NCBI GenBank assembly: GCA_963746335.1
Contig: CAVVAK010000004.1
Location: 109,987 to 173,986, forward strand
From: an uncultured Actinomycetota bacterium
GTDB lineage: Bacteria; Actinomycetota; UBA4738; HRBIN12
Length of the DNA: 64,000 nt
Direction: 5' to 3'
Below, in pieces: positions 1-9,440 of this stretch; position 1 is the stretch's first letter, and each line of letters starts with the position of its first letter. The notes beneath the pieces are model-generated. The model did no database searches. It was given only the letters and a program-made list of their open reading frames with translations, and was not told the origin of the DNA. The position numbers and the translations under genes were made by a program.

Positions 1-1879
1 GCCGACGTCGGCACGAGGCCGGGAGACACGGTTCGCGCTCGCCTCCGAAGGCGAGGAGCCGATCGGGTGGGAAGGGCGCACGCCGTCGGTGGCGGGAACG
101 TCGGAGGCCGGGTTCGAACCGGTGCGACTGCGGATCGGCCGTCGACTCCCCGCGGGGAGGCACGACCTGTGGGTCGACTCGCCCGAGGGCGATCCGGTCA
201 AGGCGCTCGTCCTGTCCGCCCCGCGGAAGTGTCCGCAACCCGGCGGACGGTGGTGGGGTGTGTTCGCGCCTCTCTACGCGCTCCGCGCTGAGGACGACTG
301 GGGTGTCGGGAGCTTCTCCGAGCTGGCGGCGTTCCGAGGGTGGGTCGACGACCTGGGCGGGTCGGTGGCGGCCACGCTCCCCCTGTTCGCACAGTTCCTC
401 GACGAGCCCATGGTGGAGCCGAGTCCCTATTCGCCGGCCAGCCGCCTCTTCTGGAACGAGACCTACATCGACGTCCGCCTAGCGCCCGGCCTGGACGCGT
501 GCGAGGAGGCCCGCGAGGCGCTGGAGGATCCGTCGTTCCGCGAGCAGATCGCACGGCTCCGCAAGAACGAGCTCACGGACCACCCGGCCATCGCCGCCGC
601 GAAACGACGCGTGCTCGACCCCCTGGCCCAGCGAGCGTTCCGAGGCACTCCCCCGGCCGGGCTCACCGAGTTCGCCGCGAACCCGCGCGCGGCCGACTAC
701 GCGCGGTTCCGCGCGGAGGTCGAGCGCCGCGGCGCCTGGTGGGGCGCGTGGCCGCGGATCGAGCGAGAGGGCTCGCTCTCCGGGTCGGCGCTCGATGACG
801 ACCGGGCCCGCTACCACCTGTTCGTCCAGTGGGTGGCTTCTCAGCAACTGTCGGACGCAGCCGGGCGCGCGGGCACGGCCGGCGGGCTGATGCTCGACCT
901 CCCGATCGGGGTCAACGGCGCGGGCTACGACGTCTGGCGCGAACGCGACTCGTTCGCGCCTGAGGTCGCGGCCGGCGCCCCTCCGGACGCGTTCTGGTCC
1001 CAGGGCCAGGATTGGGGGGCGCCTCCGCCTCACCCACACGGCATCCGCGAGGCCGGGTACCGCTATCACGACGAGGTGTTCCGCACGCTGTTCCGCTATG
1101 CCGCGATCGCGCGCATCGATCACGTGATCGGGCTCCACCGGCTCTACTGGGTGCCGCGAGGCGCCTCGCCAAAGGACGGCGTCTACGTCAAGTATCGAGC
1201 TCAGGAGTGGTACGCACTGCTCTCGATCGCCGCGAACGAGACCGGAGCGGTGGTCGTCGGCGAGGACCTCGGGACCGTCCCGGGCTCCGTCCGTCCCGCG
1301 ATGAAGGCGCACGGGCTCCTGCGCACCTATGTCGCGCAGCGGGAGGCTGGCGGCGCCGGCCTCCCCGAGCCACCCGCCGAGTCCGTCGCTGCCCTGAACA
1401 CCCACGACATGCCCACGTGGGCGGGCTTCTGGCGCGGGACCGACGTCCCGCTCCGAGAGGAGCTCGGCCTGATCGACCGCTCACAGGCGGAGCTGATCCT
1501 GGAGGCGCGACGCGAGGTGCGCGGAGCACTGCCCGCTTCGCTGCCCGGGCTCCTCGCCGACCCCGACGGCGAGGATCCTCGCGCGTCGCTCGAGGCATCG
1601 CTCGAGCGGCTGGCGGCGAGCCGGGCCGCCATCGTGATGGCCTCGCTCGGCGACCTGTTGCTCGAGGCCGACCCGCAGAACGTGCCGGGCACCGGACCGG
1701 AACGACTGAACTGGCGTCGACGGTATCCCTGGACCCTCGATGAGATCCAACGCCGTTCGGATATCGCATCGACGCTCGAACGCATCCATCGGGCCCGGCG
1801 ACGCGGAGAGACCGACGCGGCCGGAGGGACCGGCGTGACCGGAAGGACCGGCGTGACCGGGAGGACCATCGAGTCGTGA
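1..1879 (+). CDS. malQ: 4-alpha-glucanotransferase (amylomaltase, GH77). The listed ORF starts at 89, but the frame stays open back to the window edge, so the gene is probably 5'-truncated by the window.
   Basis: Conserved 'WGVFAPLYALR...WGVGSF' N-terminus of the GH77 catalytic domain and a 'NTHDMPTW' motif. The stop overlaps the glgB start (GTGA). Confidence 0.8.
   Translation, partial: PTSARGRETRFALASEGEEPIGWEGRTPSVAGTSEAGFEPVRLRIGRRLPAGRHDLWVDSPEGDPVKALVLSAPRKCPQPGGRWWGVFAPLYALRAEDDWGVGSFSELAAFRGWVDDLGGSVAATLPLFAQFLDEPMVEPSPYSPASRLFWNETYIDVRLAPGLDACEEAREALEDPSFREQIARLRKNELTDHPAIAAAKRRVLDPLAQRAFRGTPPAGLTEFAANPRAADYARFRAEVERRGAWWGAWPRIEREGSLSGSALDDDRARYHLFVQWVASQQLSDAAGRAGTAGGLMLDLPIGVNGAGYDVWRERDSFAPEVAAGAPPDAFWSQGQDWGAPPPHPHGIREAGYRYHDEVFRTLFRYAAIARIDHVIGLHRLYWVPRGASPKDGVYVKYRAQEWYALLSIAANETGAVVVGEDLGTVPGSVRPAMKAHGLLRTYVAQREAGGAGLPEPPAESVAALNTHDMPTWAGFWRGTDVPLREELGLIDRSQAELILEARREVRGALPASLPGLLADPDGEDPRASLEASLERLAASRAAIVMASLGDLLLEADPQNVPGTGPERLNWRRRYPWTLDEIQRRSDIASTLERIHRARRRGETDAAGGTGVTGRTGVTGRTIES
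1828..1865 (+). repeat. Perfect-ish 2x18-nt tandem repeat (gaccggcgtgaccggragg) at the malQ 3' end, encoding TGVTGR x2.
   Basis: Read directly at 1828-1865. Confidence 0.7.
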
Positions 1880-3795
1880 CCGAGCTCACCATGGATGAGG
1901 ACCTGACCGCGGACGACCTCTACCTGTTCGCGGAGGGAACCCACGGCCGGCTCGCCACGAAGCTGGGGGCCCACGTGGGCCCCGACGGCACGTCGTTCGC
2001 AGTCTGGGCTCCGAACGCCGAGCGCGTCTCGGTGATCGGGGACTTCAACGGTTGGAACGCGGAGTCACATCCCCTGGAGCCCGTCCGCTCCTCCGGCATC
2101 TGGTCCGGCTCCGTCGAGGGAGTGCACGCGGGCGAGACGTACAAGTTCCACATCCGGTCACGCCACGCCGACTACCGCGTCGACAAGGCCGACCCGTTCG
2201 CGTTCCGCTCCGAGACGCCGCCGAAGACGGGTTCCATCGTGTGGGATCTCTCCTACGAGTGGGCCGACGAGGAGTGGATCGCCGGCCGCGCGCCGCGGAA
2301 CGAGCTGTCGGCGCCGATGTCGATCTACGAGGTCCACCTCGGGTCGTGGCGGCGCGGGCGAGACGGGGGCTGGCTCGGCTATCGGGACGTCGCGCCGCAG
2401 CTCGCCGAGCACGCGCACGACCTCGGCTTCACGCACGTCGAGCTCTTGCCGATCATGGAACATCCGTTCTACGGCTCGTGGGGATATCAGACCACCGGCT
2501 ACTTCGCGCCCACGGGCAGGTTCGGCGCGCCGCAGGACCTGATGTTCCTGATCGACCACCTGCACCAGCGAGGTCTCGGCGTGATCCTGGACTGGGTGCC
2601 CTCCCATTTCCCCGCGGACGAGCACGGCCTCGCGTACTTCGACGGGACGCATCTCTACGAGCATGCGGATCCCCGCCGCGGGTATCACCCGGACTGGCAC
2701 ACGCTGATCTTCAATTACGGGCGCAACGAGGTCAGGAGCTTCCTCCTCTCGAGCGCCGATCACTGGCTCCGCACCTATCACGCGGACGGACTGCGGGTGG
2801 ATGCCGTCGCCTCGATGCTCTACCTCGACTACTCGAGGAAGGAAGGCGAGTGGCTGCCGAACGTGCACGGCGGTCGCGAGAACCTCGAGGCCGTCTCGTT
2901 CCTCCGCCGGCTGAACGAGGATGTGTACCGGGAACACGCGGGGGTCCAGACCTTCGCCGAGGAATCCACCGCCTGGCCGATGGTGTCGCGTCCGACCGAT
3001 GTGGGCGGGCTCGGCTTCGGCTTCAAGTGGGACATGGGGTGGATGCACGACACGCTGCAGTATCTGCGCCGCGAGCCGATCCACCGCCGCTACCACCACA
3101 ACGAGCTCACCTTCCGGCAGGTGTACGCGTACTCGGAGAACTTCGTGCTGCCGCTGTCCCATGATGAGGTCGTTCACGGGAAAGGCTCCCTCCTCGGGAA
3201 GATGCCGGGCGACGACTGGCAGCGGTTCGCCAACCTCCGACTGTTGTTCGGCTACCAGTGGGCGCAGAACGGCAAGAAGCTCCTGTTCATGGGCGATGAG
3301 CTCGGTCAGCCGAGCGAGTGGGACCACGACGCGAGCGTCGAGTGGCACCTGCTCGACGATCTTCGGCACGCGGGCATCCTTCGCTGGGTGCGTGACCTCA
3401 ACGCCCTGCATCGGGCCGAGCCCGCGCTGCACGCGTTGGATGCGGAACCCCGCGGATCCGAGTGGATCGACGCCTCGGATGCAGAAGGGGGCACGTTGTG
3501 CTTCCTCCGGCGCGGTCCGTCCGACCTCGACGTGGTCGTGGTCGCGCTCAACCTCACCCCGATGCCGCACGAGCGCTTCCGGATCGGGCTGCCGAACGGA
3601 GGTGTGTGGCACGAGGCCTTGAACAGCGACGCGGAGGTCTACGGGGGCTCGGGCATTGGGAACCTGGGCCGCGTGGAAGCGGAGCCGACGCCGTGGCACG
3701 GACGACCGAACAGTGCGCGGATCGTGCTCCCCCCGCTCTCCTGCCTGTTCTTCCGGCCCGGAAGCGACGCACGCGGAGGTGTTCGAACCTCGTGA
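1876..3795 (+). CDS. glgB: 1,4-alpha-glucan branching enzyme (GH13).
   Basis: 'WAPNAERVSVIGDFNGWN' CBM48, 'MSIYEVHLGSW' and 'DWVPSHF' catalytic motifs. 639 aa. Confidence 0.9.
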   Translation: MTELTMDEDLTADDLYLFAEGTHGRLATKLGAHVGPDGTSFAVWAPNAERVSVIGDFNGWNAESHPLEPVRSSGIWSGSVEGVHAGETYKFHIRSRHADYRVDKADPFAFRSETPPKTGSIVWDLSYEWADEEWIAGRAPRNELSAPMSIYEVHLGSWRRGRDGGWLGYRDVAPQLAEHAHDLGFTHVELLPIMEHPFYGSWGYQTTGYFAPTGRFGAPQDLMFLIDHLHQRGLGVILDWVPSHFPADEHGLAYFDGTHLYEHADPRRGYHPDWHTLIFNYGRNEVRSFLLSSADHWLRTYHADGLRVDAVASMLYLDYSRKEGEWLPNVHGGRENLEAVSFLRRLNEDVYREHAGVQTFAEESTAWPMVSRPTDVGGLGFGFKWDMGWMHDTLQYLRREPIHRRYHHNELTFRQVYAYSENFVLPLSHDEVVHGKGSLLGKMPGDDWQRFANLRLLFGYQWAQNGKKLLFMGDELGQPSEWDHDASVEWHLLDDLRHAGILRWVRDLNALHRAEPALHALDAEPRGSEWIDASDAEGGTLCFLRRGPSDLDVVVVALNLTPMPHERFRIGLPNGGVWHEALNSDAEVYGGSGIGNLGRVEAEPTPWHGRPNSARIVLPPLSCLFFRPGSDARGGVRTS

Positions 3796-5936
3796 CGATC
3801 CGGGTCTGGCCGGGGACCCCGTACCCGCAGGGCGCCACGTGGGACGGCGAGGGCGTCAACTTCTCGCTCTTCTCGGAACACGCGACGGGCGTCGACCTCT
3901 GCCTCTACGACCGGCCCGATGACGCGGTGGAGGCCGAGCGGATCCCGCTCACCAACCGGACGGACCTGCTCTGGCACGCCTACCTGCCCGACGTGCGGCC
4001 GGGGCGCCTCTACGGCTATCGCGTTCACGGGCCCTACGAGCCACGCGAAGGTCACCGCTTCAACCCCAACAAGCTGCTCCTCGATCCGTACGCGAGGGCG
4101 ATGAGCGGGCCGGTCCGATGGAGCGACGCCGTGTACGGATACGAGATCGGGCATCCCGATGAGGACCTCTCTTTCGACGAGCGCGACAGTGCCGGCGCGA
4201 TGCCGAAGTGCGTGGTGATCGATCCCGCGTTCACCTGGGGAGAGGATCGGCGTCCCGAGACGCCGTGGAACCGCACGGTCGTCTACGAGACCCACGTGAA
4301 GGGATTCACGAAGCTCCACCCGTCGATCCCGCCGGAGATCAGGGGCACGTACCTCGCTCTCGCGCACGATCCGGTCCTCGAGCACCTGCGGTCACTCGGC
4401 GTCACCGCCGTTGAGCTCATGCCCGTGCACCAATCCGTCGACGACCGGGTCCTCGTCGAGCGCGGCCTGTCCAACTACTGGGGATACAACTCCATCGGGT
4501 TCTTCGCTCCGCATCACGGCTACGCCTCGCGCGCGGTCGGCCAGCAGGTCTACGAGTTCAAGTCGATGGTGAAGACGTTGCACCGCGCCGGCATCGAGGT
4601 GATCCTCGACGTCGTCTACAACCACACGGCCGAGGGGAACCACCTCGGGCCGACCCTGTCCCTCCGGGGGATCGACAACAAGGCTTTCTATCGCCTGACC
4701 CCCGAGGACGCCCGCTACTACACCGACTTCTCGGGCACCGGGAACAGCCTCAACATGCTGCACCCGCGCACGATCCAGCTGATCATGGACAGCCTGCGGC
4801 ATTGGGTGCTCGAGATGCACGTCGACGGCTTCCGGTTCGACCTGGCGCCCGTCCTCGCCCGGGAGCTGTACGAGATGAACCGCCTCGGGACGTTCTTCGA
4901 CATCATCCAGCAGGACCCGGTGCTCTCGCAGGTGAAGCTGATCGCCGAGCCGTGGGACGTCGGACCGGGCGGGTACCAGGTGGGCAACTTCCCGGTGGGC
5001 TGGGCCGAGTGGAACGGCAAGTACCGGGACTGCGTGCGGAGGTTCTGGCGAGGCGACCCGGGGCAGCTGCCGGAGCTCGCGTTCCGCCTGTCCGGCTCCA
5101 GCGACCTGTACGAGGCGAGCGGACGCAATACGTACGCCTCGGTCAACTTCGTGACGGCGCACGACGGCTTCACGCTTCAGGACCTCGTGATGTACGCGGA
5201 GAAGCACAACGAGCCCAACGGCGAGGGGAACAAGGACGGGACCGACGAGAACTTCTCCTCCAACTGGGGCGTCGAGGGGCCGAGCGACCAGCCGGAGATC
5301 GTCGAGATCCGCCAGCGCATGAAGCGCAACCTGATGGCCACGCTCGTCTTCTCTCAGGGCGTCCGCATGCTCCTCGGCGGTGACGAGATCGGACGCTCCC
5401 AGCACGGGAACAACAACGCGTACTGCCAGGATAACGAGCTGAGCTGGTTCGACTGGGAACGACGAGATCTGGACATGCTGAGGTTCACTCGGGACACGCT
5501 CAAGATCTTCCGGTCGAATCCGGTCTTGCGGAGGCGCTCGTTCTTCAGCGGGATGCTCGACGGCGGGCGACAGAAGGACGTGATGTGGGTACGTGCCGAC
5601 GGCGCGGAGATGGCGGAGGCGGATTGGTCGGATCCGGAGAACCGTGTCCTCGGGATGCTGATCCCGGGGCGGGCGACGGATGAACGTGACGAACGCGGCC
5701 GCCTGATCCGGGGTGACACGGTCCTGTTGCTGCTGAACGGCGGGTCCCGCTCGAGGAAGGTCACGTTGCCACGCCTCGAGGGGAGCGGCCTGTGGCACGA
5801 GGTCCTCAACACCGCCAGGCCGGGTCACGCGCGGGTGGTGCGCCGCGAGGCATTGAACCTCGTGGCGCACTCGCTGATGCTGCTGCGGTTCGAGGGCGCG
5901 GAGCGCTCGTCCGAGCGCTCCGGGGGCGGCTCCTGA
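3793..5936 (+). CDS. glgX: Glycogen debranching enzyme GlgX/TreX (GH13). GTG start overlaps the glgB stop.
   Basis: 'RVWPGTPYPQGATWDGEGVNFSLFSEHA' N-terminus and 'YNHTAEGN', 'GFRFDLA' motifs. Confidence 0.88.
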
Positions 5937-5951
5937 TCCGAACGGATCAGG
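5932..5951. terminator. GC hairpin (8-bp stem, 4-nt loop, cctgatcc-gaac-ggatcagg) between convergent glgX and the ACT gene. Candidate bidirectional terminator.
   Basis: Inverted repeat read at 5932-5951, overlapping the glgX stop codon. Confidence 0.45.
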
Positions 5952-5970
5952 AATCGCCCCCGTCGGTTCC

Positions 5971-6367
5971 TTACGCCTGCAGTGCCTCTCGGGCCTTCTC
6001 GTTGTCGCTCGTCACGAGCACCGCCCGATCGCCGGTCGCGAGATACGCGATCGAGACGTTGATCCCCGCGGTCGCGACCTTGCCCGCGACCCGCCCGAGC
6101 GTGCCCGGCTTGTCGGCTTCCTCATCCGTCAGCTCGACGACGACGGCATCCGCCTCGCCCTCCACCTTGATGTCGGCGAGGATCAACGCGTTCTGAGCGA
6201 CCATCGCGTTCTCCACGAGCACGTGCACGACGCCGACCCCGTCGTCCGTCGTGGCACAGAATCCCTCGATGTTGACCCCGGCGTCGCCCAACGCCTCGCC
6301 CATGTGAGCGAGTTGGCCCGCCCGGTCATCGAGCACTACCGTCAGATCCGTCGCCAATCCGATCACC
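5971..6367 (-). CDS. ACT domain-containing protein (two tandem ACT domains, about 132 aa). Paralog 1.
   Basis: 'VVLDDRAGQLAHMGEALGDAGVNIEG...' ACT signature (GxL pattern, twice). GTG start inferred. Confidence 0.7.
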
Positions 6368-6380
6368 CCTCGTCCGTCAA

Positions 6381-6764
6381 CTACATCCCGAGCGCGGCCC
6401 GTGCCTTGTCGTTGTTGTCGGTGACGGCAACGGCCCGGTTGTTCGTCGCCAGGTACACGGCCTGCATGTTGACGCCCGCGTCCGCCACCGCCCGCGCCAT
6501 CTTGCCCATCGTGCCCGGCGTGCCGACCGCGTCCGACATCTCGCTCACGATCGCCTGGGACTCGCTCTCGACGGTCAGCCCCGCGCCTTCGAGCACGGCC
6601 CGCGCGGCGGCGCCGTCCTCGACCAGGAGATGGATCACGCCGCGATCGCCCAGCCCGATCCCGCAGAGGCCCTCGATGTTGATGCCCGCGTTGCCGAGCG
6701 CCTCGCCGATGTCGGCCAGCCCGCCGGGGCGGTCGTCCACGGTCACACCCAGATCCGTCGGCAT
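6381..6764 (-). CDS. ACT domain-containing protein (127 aa). Paralog 2.
   Basis: About 50% identity to the neighbour, including the 'DRPGGLADIGEALGNAGINIEG' motif. Confidence 0.75.
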   Translation of the reverse strand: MPTDLGVTVDDRPGGLADIGEALGNAGINIEGLCGIGLGDRGVIHLLVEDGAAARAVLEGAGLTVESESQAIVSEMSDAVGTPGTMGKMARAVADAGVNMQAVYLATNNRAVAVTDNNDKARAALGM

Positions 6765-6894
6765 CCATTGCCCCCTTCCCTCGCCCTGGTTCCGGTGTAC
6801 GCCCCGCGCGAGGGCGCGTCAAGTTCGCCGCGAGCGCTCGCCAACCGTTCGTTCCGGGGTTGCCCCAGCTCACACGCGGTACGAGGATGGACGC

Positions 6895-7275
6895 ATGTTC
6901 TGCCAACGTTGCGGCTTCGGTCAGCCCGACGACCATCGGTTCTGCGTGGCCTGCGGGGCGCAGCTCGCCGCCCATCTGGCGGGAGAACGCATCCCGAAGG
7001 TCACGCGACTCTTCCTCGGGATCCAGACGAGCGAGCAGGATCCCGCCGGCGCGGTCCTTCGGGTCAGCCGGTACCTGGAGGACTACGAGTTCTCCGCGCC
7101 GGAGGGAACGATCGTCGTCCCCGGTGAGCACGCGCGCCTCTCGGTCTGGCTCATCGATCGACCGGTCGCGGCGATCAGCGTCACCGAGTCGGATGCACAG
7201 GAACTCGGACGGTTCTTGCTGGATCCCGCGCCGGTATCGTGGGCGTCCTCGGAACCGGCGAACGCCACCGGCTGA
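6895..7275 (+). CDS. Zinc-ribbon domain hypothetical protein (about 126 aa).
   Basis: 'MFCQRCGFGQPDDHRFCVACG' CxxC...CxxC motif, with a GAGGA ribosome-binding site 8 nt upstream. Confidence 0.55.
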   Translation: MFCQRCGFGQPDDHRFCVACGAQLAAHLAGERIPKVTRLFLGIQTSEQDPAGAVLRVSRYLEDYEFSAPEGTIVVPGEHARLSVWLIDRPVAAISVTESDAQELGRFLLDPAPVSWASSEPANATG

Positions 7276-7341
7276 TCGAAGACCCGGAGAAGGGACTCGA
7301 ACGATCACTCTCGGCGGCCGACCGGCCGCCCGCGAGCGCTA

Positions 7342-8493
7342 TCAGCCGACCCCTTCCGGCGGCGGCTCCTCGTCGGAGCTGGGAGCGGGGACCTCCCGAG
7401 GCGGGTTCTCCACCTGGGTTCGTGGCGCCGCGATATCGACATCGAGGACCAGCGCGGCCGGCGCGTCTTGGCCGAGACCGTCGACGGCGAAGAGATCCAT
7501 GGCCCCGCCGCAGCCCCCGGCAGCCACGAGGAGGGTCTCTCGATCGAGCCACCCCAGCGCCTCGGTGGGTCGCGTCTCATCGGGCAACGCGACACGCCTC
7601 GCACCACGAGCCAAGACCAAGGCTTTGTGACCCTCGCACGACTTCCCTTCGGTGACAGCCTGCAAGACCCCCGATGGGGCCAGCCGGAGACCGCTCGCGA
7701 CCGTCCCGTCCGCGCCACGCCATGCGGTGCCGAACCCGGTCCGACTCGCGAGCTTCATGAAGTGGAGTTCCGGGATGTCCCCCTCGTGCTGGGCCGTCCA
7801 CCACAGGGTCCGCCCGTTCGGGGAGAACGCGAGCGAGGTGAACTCGGTCCCGCGCTCGGAGAAGATGAGTCGCTGCGGGTCTTCGCCTTCGTTCGTCGAG
7901 AGCCAGATCTCCTGGCCCTCCGCCGCCTCCACCACGAACGCGAGCGCGAGGCCGCTGGGGTGGTACGCGACCTGGAGATACCTCCCGGGAGGCAGCGACA
8001 CGAGCCGGGTGAGGCGCCCGTCATCGATGAAGCGCTTCCTCGGGATGCCCTGCGCGTCGGCGAAGACGACGGCGAGTCCGAGCGGATGTCCCCAGTCGAA
8101 CGCGCTGATGGACGTGTCGATCGCCGGGAGATCCGGGGCGTCGCCGCCGACGCCGCGGATCTCGAAGCGGTCCAACAGCACGCGATCGCCTTGGGGGCCC
8201 CAGGCGAACGGTCCGGCGTCCTCCACCGGGAACAGGCAGGCGACATCGCCCTCGTCGGGGTCGAGCGCCCACGCCCGCCCGTCCGCGACGAAGGCGACGG
8301 TGTGGGATGCACCGGCGCCGCCGGTGCATCCCGCGGGCAGCGGCGTGCCGTCCGGCAAGCGAGCGCCGGTGGCGACGACGGAGGGAGACGCCGTCGTGCC
8401 CACCGACGGCGTCGGGGTCTCGTCGTCGGCGGTCGGCTGCGTGCACGCGCCGGCCAGGAGGGTCGCTGCGAGCACGAACCGGATCCATCGCAT
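7342..8493 (-). CDS. Putative lipoprotein with beta-propeller-like repeats.
   Basis: 'MRWIRFVLAATLLAGACTQ' lipobox signal peptide, with repeated 'xWxxDG/FSPNG' blocks. Confidence 0.6.
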   Translation of the reverse strand: MRWIRFVLAATLLAGACTQPTADDETPTPSVGTTASPSVVATGARLPDGTPLPAGCTGGAGASHTVAFVADGRAWALDPDEGDVACLFPVEDAGPFAWGPQGDRVLLDRFEIRGVGGDAPDLPAIDTSISAFDWGHPLGLAVVFADAQGIPRKRFIDDGRLTRLVSLPPGRYLQVAYHPSGLALAFVVEAAEGQEIWLSTNEGEDPQRLIFSERGTEFTSLAFSPNGRTLWWTAQHEGDIPELHFMKLASRTGFGTAWRGADGTVASGLRLAPSGVLQAVTEGKSCEGHKALVLARGARRVALPDETRPTEALGWLDRETLLVAAGGCGGAMDLFAVDGLGQDAPAALVLDVDIAAPRTQVENPPREVPAPSSDEEPPPEGVG

Positions 8494-8552
8494 GGTCGGC
8501 CTCGGACGGTACACCGAGGCCGACACTCGGGCGAGGGACTGACCGGAGATTC

Positions 8553-9407
8553 TCAGAGGTTGCCGCGGAGTCCCCAGAGCTCCGGGAAGAACCGCTTGTC
8601 CAGGGTGGTCCGGAGGTATCCGACGCCCGAGGAGCCGCCCGTCCCTCGCTTCGCGCCGATCTCGCGTTCCACCATCAGGACGTGGAGCGAACGCCACCGA
8701 GCGACGTTCTCGTCGTGGTCGAGCAACGCCTCCGAGACGGCGAACAGCTCCTGTTGCTCCCGTGCCATCGCGACCAACGACGCTGACCGCTGCTCGTCAT
8801 CGTCCGCCGGCATCGGCAGACCGTGTGATCCCAGGAGCGCGCAGAAGCCGTCCCACAGGGTCGGCTCCCCGATGCGGCGCTGGAGGCGCTCTCGCTCCTC
8901 AGGCGAGGCGGCGAGGTCCTCGAGGAGCCGCTCGTCCTTCAGCCCGCTGATGCATTCGAGCTCCCGGAACTGCGCGGACTGGAATCCCGACGCCGGCGCC
9001 AGGTGGTCACGGAACGCGAGGAAGTCCTGTGGAGACATCGTCTCGAGAACCTCGATGTGTTCGATCAAGACCCGCTCGATCGCGTGGACGCGCTTCAGAT
9101 AGTGACGGGCGCGCTCGGTGTCTCCTTCGAAGAGGCGATCTCGAACAGACTCCAGCTCGAACAGGATCTGCTTGAACCACAGCTCGTACGCCTGGTGGAC
9201 CACGATGAACAGGAGCTCGTCGTGGACGGGTGGATCCGACAGGAGTTGCTGGAGTGAGGTCAGCTCGGAGAGCTTCAGGTAGCCGCTGTAGGTGAGGAGG
9301 TCTACATCGGTCTCGCTCGTCCGGCCGAACCGTCGCTGTCTCCCCTCTTCCATCGGTCGAAGCCTAGCGAAGCCTCCGCCGCTCTCCGTTCGATGCATCG
9401 AAGCCAT
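8553..9407 (-). CDS. kynA: Tryptophan 2,3-dioxygenase.
   Basis: 'LTYSGYLKLSELTSLQQLLS...HDELLFIVVHQAYELWFKQILFELESVRD' is the canonical TDO motif. Confidence 0.85.
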   Translation of the reverse strand: MASMHRTESGGGFARLRPMEEGRQRRFGRTSETDVDLLTYSGYLKLSELTSLQQLLSDPPVHDELLFIVVHQAYELWFKQILFELESVRDRLFEGDTERARHYLKRVHAIERVLIEHIEVLETMSPQDFLAFRDHLAPASGFQSAQFRELECISGLKDERLLEDLAASPEERERLQRRIGEPTLWDGFCALLGSHGLPMPADDDEQRSASLVAMAREQQELFAVSEALLDHDENVARWRSLHVLMVEREIGAKRGTGGSSGVGYLRTTLDKRFFPELWGLRGNL

Positions 9408-9416
9408 ATCCTGGTG

Positions 9417-9437
9417 TCGCCTCGCGGAGGGAGGCGA
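9417..9437. promoter_or_regulatory. 7-bp inverted repeat (tcgcctc-N7-gaggcga) in the kynA/sensor-phosphatase divergent region. It overlaps the GGAGGGAGG ribosome-binding site of the downstream gene.
   Basis: Read directly. Confidence 0.35.
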
Positions 9438-9440
9438 TGG

